Shown here one piece after another: positions 58,480 through 64,000 of a DNA stretch of 64,000 nucleotides. Source of the DNA: Azolla caroliniana. Its lineage: Eukaryota; Plantae; Polypodiophyta. Both the position numbers and the translations under genes were made by a program. The notes under the pieces are model-generated. The model was not told the DNA's origin, ran no database searches, and saw nothing but the letters and a program-made list of their open reading frames with translations. The stretch spans positions 744,001 to 808,000 of the forward strand of contig JBHGNT010000016.1 of assembly GCA_043228905.1 (NCBI GenBank), given 5' to 3'. Numbering within the stretch: the stretch's first letter is position 1; each line of letters starts with the position of its first letter.

Positions 58480-58709
58480 ACACATATCTCTAGTCTATTC
58501 TGTTGTCAAGAATCACCACTGATTCTTAACATGGTATCAGAGCGGTTTGGTAGCTCCATCTAGCTCATCCGCGTGTGTTGAGCTCTACGCTGACGTTCAA
58601 GAAGAACCGGCTCATCGCTATCGTAGTGCGGCTACATAGCTCGTATTCAAGAGAGAAGAAGAAGGAAGAAATCTACATCGAACACCATGAATACTCAAAT
58701 GGGGAGCGT
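58096..58709 (+). mobile_element. Copia-type 5' LTR (58096-58531) with tRNA-Met PBS, inserted in the element E integrase
   Basis: TGTTGAGAATC...GATTCTTAACA inverted termini, followed directly by TGGTATCAGAGC at 58532-58543. Confidence 0.8.
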
Positions 58710-61700
58710 TGTCGTGAAGATTTTCGGCAATGGTGTGAAAATCACATAAAACGTACAAAATCGAGTATGAATCACATAAAACAATAATAGTGAAGTATCT
58801 AATTACAAAATGATGGAGGTCTTCAAGAGCTTTCAAATGCACGTTATTACACGAGAAACGGACAACTAGATGTCAAGATATGAGGGAATAAAGTTTGTGA
58901 AAGGAAAAGAGAAAACTGTGAGATATATCTTTATGTCTATGTGTTGAGCATAGAGAGTTCACTAAGAGTGGAGGTGGCCTAGCCACTCGTAAAGGTTTTG
59001 GCTAACCAAAACGGAACTGGACGGTAACCGGCGATCGGTGATCCGGCGGTATCGGCATTCGACGGAGCCGGTGAGGCGGCGGAATCGGCATCCGATGGAG
59101 TCGGTGACCCGACGTCGTAAAGGTTTTGGCCAACCAAAACGGAATTGGACGGTAACCGGCGATCGGTGATCAGGCAACCGACGGTAACCGGCGGCAACCG
59201 ACATCCGGCGACCAAATTAATAAATAAATATATATCACATATATACACAAGGAGGGCAAGTGAGGATTCGAACCTTCCACCTCCTAGTTAAGAGTCAGTA
59301 GGCTTACCACTAAGCCATGACATTTAGTTGAATTTATATTTCTATCATTGTACTTTTATATGGAAATTCTCATACATGAGAGCTAAAATGAGTGACATGG
59401 TTATCATGCACCACATGTAATACATGAGCGCCAAATGGCAAACATGCATTTTATGCATGTCTTGTACCCTCACATGCATCATATGCATGAGAGCATCTAT
59501 AAAAGAAGGGATGAAAAAGAAGAAGGGTTAGGTTTTTTTTGGTTATGAAATTAAGAAGAAGAGAATTCGTTATCGAATTGATCGTGTAACTTGTTTCTTA
59601 AAATCTAAAATCAAGAGTTCAATCTTAATCTCTCTCAATCTAAAGTCAAGCGTTCTATTCTATCTCAAGCTCTCTTTCTCTTTCAATCTAGCTTAATTAC
59701 TTTCTTGCTAAAGCTTGCGCCAACTTCAAGTCCTTCCGGTCCAGAACCCCGGCGGTTCCGCCTCACGATCCGCGCGTAGTGACGGATCTTCACGACATAA
59801 TTAAGTGGTGAACCCAACGTGAAAGAGGTGGTAGGAAGGATCAAATCGAGGATCAACCGATACTTGGAGATGGCATCCTCAAGCAACCATGCGGGAGAGC
59901 TCGAAAGGATGATGCTAATCGTCGAACAAATGATGAGATCTCGAGACAACGATGCGAGCGTGGAGAAGGCCGTTGACAGTGTCGTAGAGCTCGAGGGTCA
60001 ATTTGATGGAAGGAACGTTACGAAGTTCCTTGATACATATAGAAGGGAGATGAATCAGAGGGACGTGTTCGAAGCACGTCAAATCGCAAGCTTCAAGAGA
60101 GTTGTCGCCAACAACGTTCAAAGACGCGTCATCGAACTTCAAGAAGGTAAGACAACATGGTCCGAGTTCGAGAAAACGATACTAGCGGAGTTCGCAACTG
60201 AAGACTCAACGAGGATGATTCGACATGCCCTGATGAAGTGGATAGAGAAGAAGAATAAGAAGATGAGCGCCTCGTGGGTGTACGACGAATTCGACCAGAT
60301 GTTTAGTCGTCTCCCCAACACGGACCAAGTGTTGCTTGAAGAGGACAAGTCTTTGTACTTCCTGAAGGCCGTGGACATGAAGGATAGACGGGAGTTGGGG
60401 ACTCTTCTCGAAGATGATACCCAAGCGAATGGGCTTGTGGCGGATTGGGTTGCGGTAAAGCGAGCGTGCAATAGGCTCGACAAGCGTCGTCAGTGGGTTG
60501 ATGACACCGACTTGGCGGGATCGACTGTTGCGGAGAAAACAAGACAACCGAAAGTAGCTGAGCCGCCCAAACAAAGCAGTCCGGAAGAAAAGAAGATTGA
60601 TGAAGACATCATTGAAGAGCTAGCGAAGAAGTTCGAGAAGGTCACGCTAGCCAACATGAATCGTCGGGGGCCCAAAGGAAAAGAACCCTTTAGATGCGTG
60701 TGGTGCGATAGCATGGACCACATGAGAAGGGATTGCGCGAGCCTTCGAGAGGTGATCCGATAAAATATCTTGTACATAGATGACAACATGATCTACTTGA
60801 GCGAGACTAGAAGACCCCTATGGGTGAATTTCGGAAGAGGAGGAATGAAGAAAGCTATGAAAGATGCCGATGCGACTCATGTGGATTCGATGCACTATGT
60901 TGCGTCAGCCGGAATAAGAGTCGGGAAAGATAGAAATGAAGCTGCGAAAGTGGGAGCCAAGTTTTGGTCTTCCGTTCTCGAGTATGAGAAGATGGGGAAG
61001 GTCACTTCGAACGAGGTAGAACTTGCGGACCGAAGCGTGCAAAGCATAACCGGGTGGTCAGATCCGGTGGACGACAACACCATACTCGCGGAGGTGATGT
61101 GCGACAACCACAAGGTGTTCGTCGAAGAAAAGAGAAAAAGAATAGAAGATCAAGGACCATCAAAAAGACATGAAACAAGGAACGCGAAAAAGAAGGACGA
61201 TGCGGAGACGAGTCAACCTTTACAAACGGAGGAATGAGAATCAAGCCGAAAAGGGGAGCCGAGCATACGAGTTGAAGAAACGGTTTGGCCCGTGAAGGTT
61301 GGTGTCGAAGACCCCCCTCGGAGGGCAATGACTATACCTACCTATAAGCTAAGGTCGGACATAGAGCAGACAACGAACCTAAAGAAGATTCTCAAAGAAC
61401 AAGTTCTTGATAGCCATGTAACTTTGTCCTTGAGGGAATTGCTTGGCATTACGAAGAAGGAGTTCCATGACACGATTGTGGACCTTGTAAAGAGAAAAAG
61501 ACAACAATCGGACGAGGAAGAAGAGAAGCCGCAAAAAGCAAAAACGAATGCCATAACGATGGCAAGAGACGAAGTCGATGAAGATATGGTGGACAACCAC
61601 TATACTCGACCTCATTGGGCACGAGTGACAACGGAGACGCTGGTGAAGATCGGGGAGAAGAAAGAGACCGTGGTAGCTTTGCTCGACCACGGCTCGGAGA

Positions 61701-62491
61701 TCAACCTCATGTCAATTGACTTCTACAAAAAAGGAAGATGGCCAATCAATACAAACCACGGATGGAAGATTCGCGCGGCAACAAAGTCTACGGAGGACTT
61801 GTACGGAGCTTGTCCCAATGTCAAAGTCACGATCGGGGATGTGGAGATAGATCAACACTTCTTCGTGCAAGAATCGGCGTCGCATCCTGTCATCCTAGGA
61901 CAACCGTATATCACATCATCTTGAATGGAGACCAAAGTGTTCGATAATGGAGCAGCCTTCGCACGAATAAAGAGTCTTGACAACCAAAGATCGGCCCAAT
62001 TCCTAACGGTGTGATCCAATCATGAAAGGAATCGAGATAGTCTCGGAGGCGAATCCACGGATTTTTAGAGCGGACTATTGAAGCATGGGGCACAAATAGT
62101 CCGAGCAATCACAAGACCCCACAAGAAAGAAGAGTGCGTGGATTGCGAGGAGAAGCAACATGTGTCACACCTAGTGGCGCATGTAAATTAGTACCACCCG
62201 ACAAGAAGGACAAGCGTCGGATACAAGAATTCGAGAAGATGTTGAAAGAAGAAAACATAATAGAAGAAGGAGAGTTTGTGACTCATATTATGGAAGAAGC
62301 CTCATTTAACGACACCATCAGCAAAATCGAGGACGTCGTGGACTGAGCTATCTTCACGACCAACGCGTGATTTCGGTTAGCTCCAACAACATGTACGCTA
62401 TCATCGATGAATAACGTCGTGGCATCTCGATGAAGGAAGTTGACATCAACACGAAATATAAAACGGTGGATAAGAAGATCAAGCAAGTTGC
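58710..62491 (+). mobile_element. Gypsy element B (same group as A): 5' LTR 58710-59797, Trp PBS, gag-PR and start of pol
   Basis: TGTCGTG...CACGACA LTR followed by TGGTGAACCCAACGTGA. It encodes GQFDGRNVT, CVWCDSMDHMRRDC and ALLDHGSEIN, with stops, and is interrupted at 62492. Confidence 0.88.
59253..59324 (-). promoter_or_regulatory. tRNA(Lys-CTT-like)-derived A-box/B-box module, antisense within the element B LTR
   Basis: Minus strand TGGCTTAGTGGTAAGC...CTCTTAAC...GGTTCGAATCC has consensus A and B boxes starting 43 nt apart. The acceptor stem does not pair. Confidence 0.75.
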
Positions 62492-63549
62492 TGTCGTGAT
62501 ATGACACGACTCAAACCCATGACCTTAGGTTATATGGGTGGAGCTCTTGACCATTATATCATCTATTGTAATACGTAGGATATTATTTTCATTTACATTG
62601 TATTATAGGAAATTAATGTATATTCCAGATTTCTCTGGAACATTTTAGAAGCTTCAGGATTACTCCTGAGAACACTATAAAAGAGGGCACTAGGCATTAT
62701 GTTGAACCAAATTGGTTCAACGCCAGTCTTTAGCCTCATAGCCCTTTTGTACTTACTCTTCTTATAATATATAATCTATGATCATCATCATCTCTCTCTC
62801 TCTCTCTTGTCCTCGCTATCTCTCTCTCTCTCTCTCTCTCCTCTTCTCTCTTCCTCTCTTGGGAGTCTTACGCAGTCCTGTCCTCTTAGTACTAATAGTA
62901 CCTCCCTTCTCTAGTACTAATCCTCTCTCTGTTTAGTACTATTCCTGACAGTTTGAACCAATTTCCCCTTCTGTCTCTCTCCCTTCATACTAATCTCTTA
63001 TTCCTCTTTTCTTTTTCATCCCATGGCCACAGTTAGCGCTCAGGAATATCAATTTGTTTTCTTGGAGTTTCAATGTTTGAAAGAGAAGTTCCTTGCTTTG
63101 GAACAAGAAAATCAACGGTTGCTGGGGGATATTCAACAAATCTCCTTAGAAAAGCAACAAACGCAACAACAACATGGGGAACTTGCATTACGCGTGCAAT
63201 AACTCGAAGCAACCATCGTAGCGATGCAACAACAAGGCCTCGGAACACAAGGGATTCATAAGAAACCCAAGATTGGCCTTCCCACGAAGTTCGATGGAAC
63301 ACGATTGCAGTTTAGAGGGTTCCTTAATCAGGTACGATTAGTTATTCAAATGCATCCTTCCCGATATCCTACCGATGCATCACGTGTGGGTTTAGTAGGG
63401 ACGTTGTTAAGTGGCTCAGCGTTGGCATGGTTTGCCCCACTGTTGGAAAAGGAGTCTCCATTACTCAACAACTTTGAAGAGTTTATAGGTGAGTTTAAAG
63501 CATGCTTTGGGGATACTGACAGCATAAGGACCGCAATCAACAAAATCCG
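62492..63549 (+). mobile_element. Chromovirus/Tf1-Tcn1-like Gypsy element D: LTR 62492-62950 and gag 5' part
   Basis: TGTC...GACA LTR with TATAAAA at 62676. Gag runs from ATG 63023 (one in-frame TAA) with PTKFDGTRLQFRGFLNQVRL...LSGSALAWF, a retrotransposon-gag domain unlike that of A and B. Confidence 0.8.
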
Positions 63550-63641
63550 GAGAAGGGAGGTACTATTAGTACTAAGAGGACGAGACTGCGTAAGACTCCC
63601 GAGAGAGGAAGAGAGAAGAGGAGAGAGAGAGAGATAGCGAG

Positions 63642-63710
<69 letters not shown>

Positions 63711-64000
63711 GATAACAGATTATATATTATAAGAAGAGTAAGTACAAAAGGGCTATGAGGCTAAAGACTGGAGTTGAACCAATTTGGTTCAACATAATGC
63801 CTAGTGCCCTCTTTTATAGTGTTCTCAGGAGTAATCCTGAAGCTTCTAGAATGTTCCAGAGAAATCTGGAATATACATTAATTTTCTATAATAAAATGTA
63901 AATGAAAATAATATCCTACGTATTACAATAGATGATATGATGGTTAAGAGCTCGACCCATATAACCTAAGGTCATGGGTTCGAGTCTTGCCATATCATGA
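63550..64000 (-). mobile_element. Inverted, 3'-truncated copy of the element D LTR
   Basis: Reverse complement of 62494-62911 with few differences and a longer (GA)n run. It runs off the window edge. Confidence 0.9.

Noticed and set aside
59253-59324. Functional tRNA-Lys gene (likewise the modules at 30533, 53453 and 63933)
   Set aside because: Acceptor and anticodon stems do not pair properly; only the promoter boxes and partial arms remain.

Overview
Eukaryotic land-plant nuclear DNA with spliceosomal introns, microsatellites and many retroelements. The TE families suggest a fern or another non-seed plant, but that is inference. Four intact host genes were assembled by hand: a 4-KH-domain RNA-binding protein (4325-7240, +), RNA polymerase I subunit RPA12 (9247-10148, +), a 10-exon zinc alcohol dehydrogenase (15331-20255, +, probably with a GC-AG intron) and a PROTODERMAL FACTOR 1-like protein (36960-38064, -). 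There is also a decayed PPR pseudogene. The rest is mostly transposons: Copia and LINE fragments, a full-length but disabled Gypsy element (22225-32268), a hAT-type MITE and a nested retroelement stack from about 51.4 kb to the window end. The most notable signals are in the Gypsy elements. (1) Four different LTRs each carry a tRNA-derived A-box/B-box module, with 43-44 nt start-to-start spacing, upstream of the LTR TATA box. (2) One family primes on tRNA-Trp, makes 4-bp ACGT duplications at an ACGT-GTCTA target that also occurs in a related LTR, and has a G_GAU_UUU -1 frameshift between protease and RT. (3) An unrelated element shows a Tf1-like self-priming signature and is rearranged into a long inverted repeat. 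All calls come from manual reading; no database searches were run.
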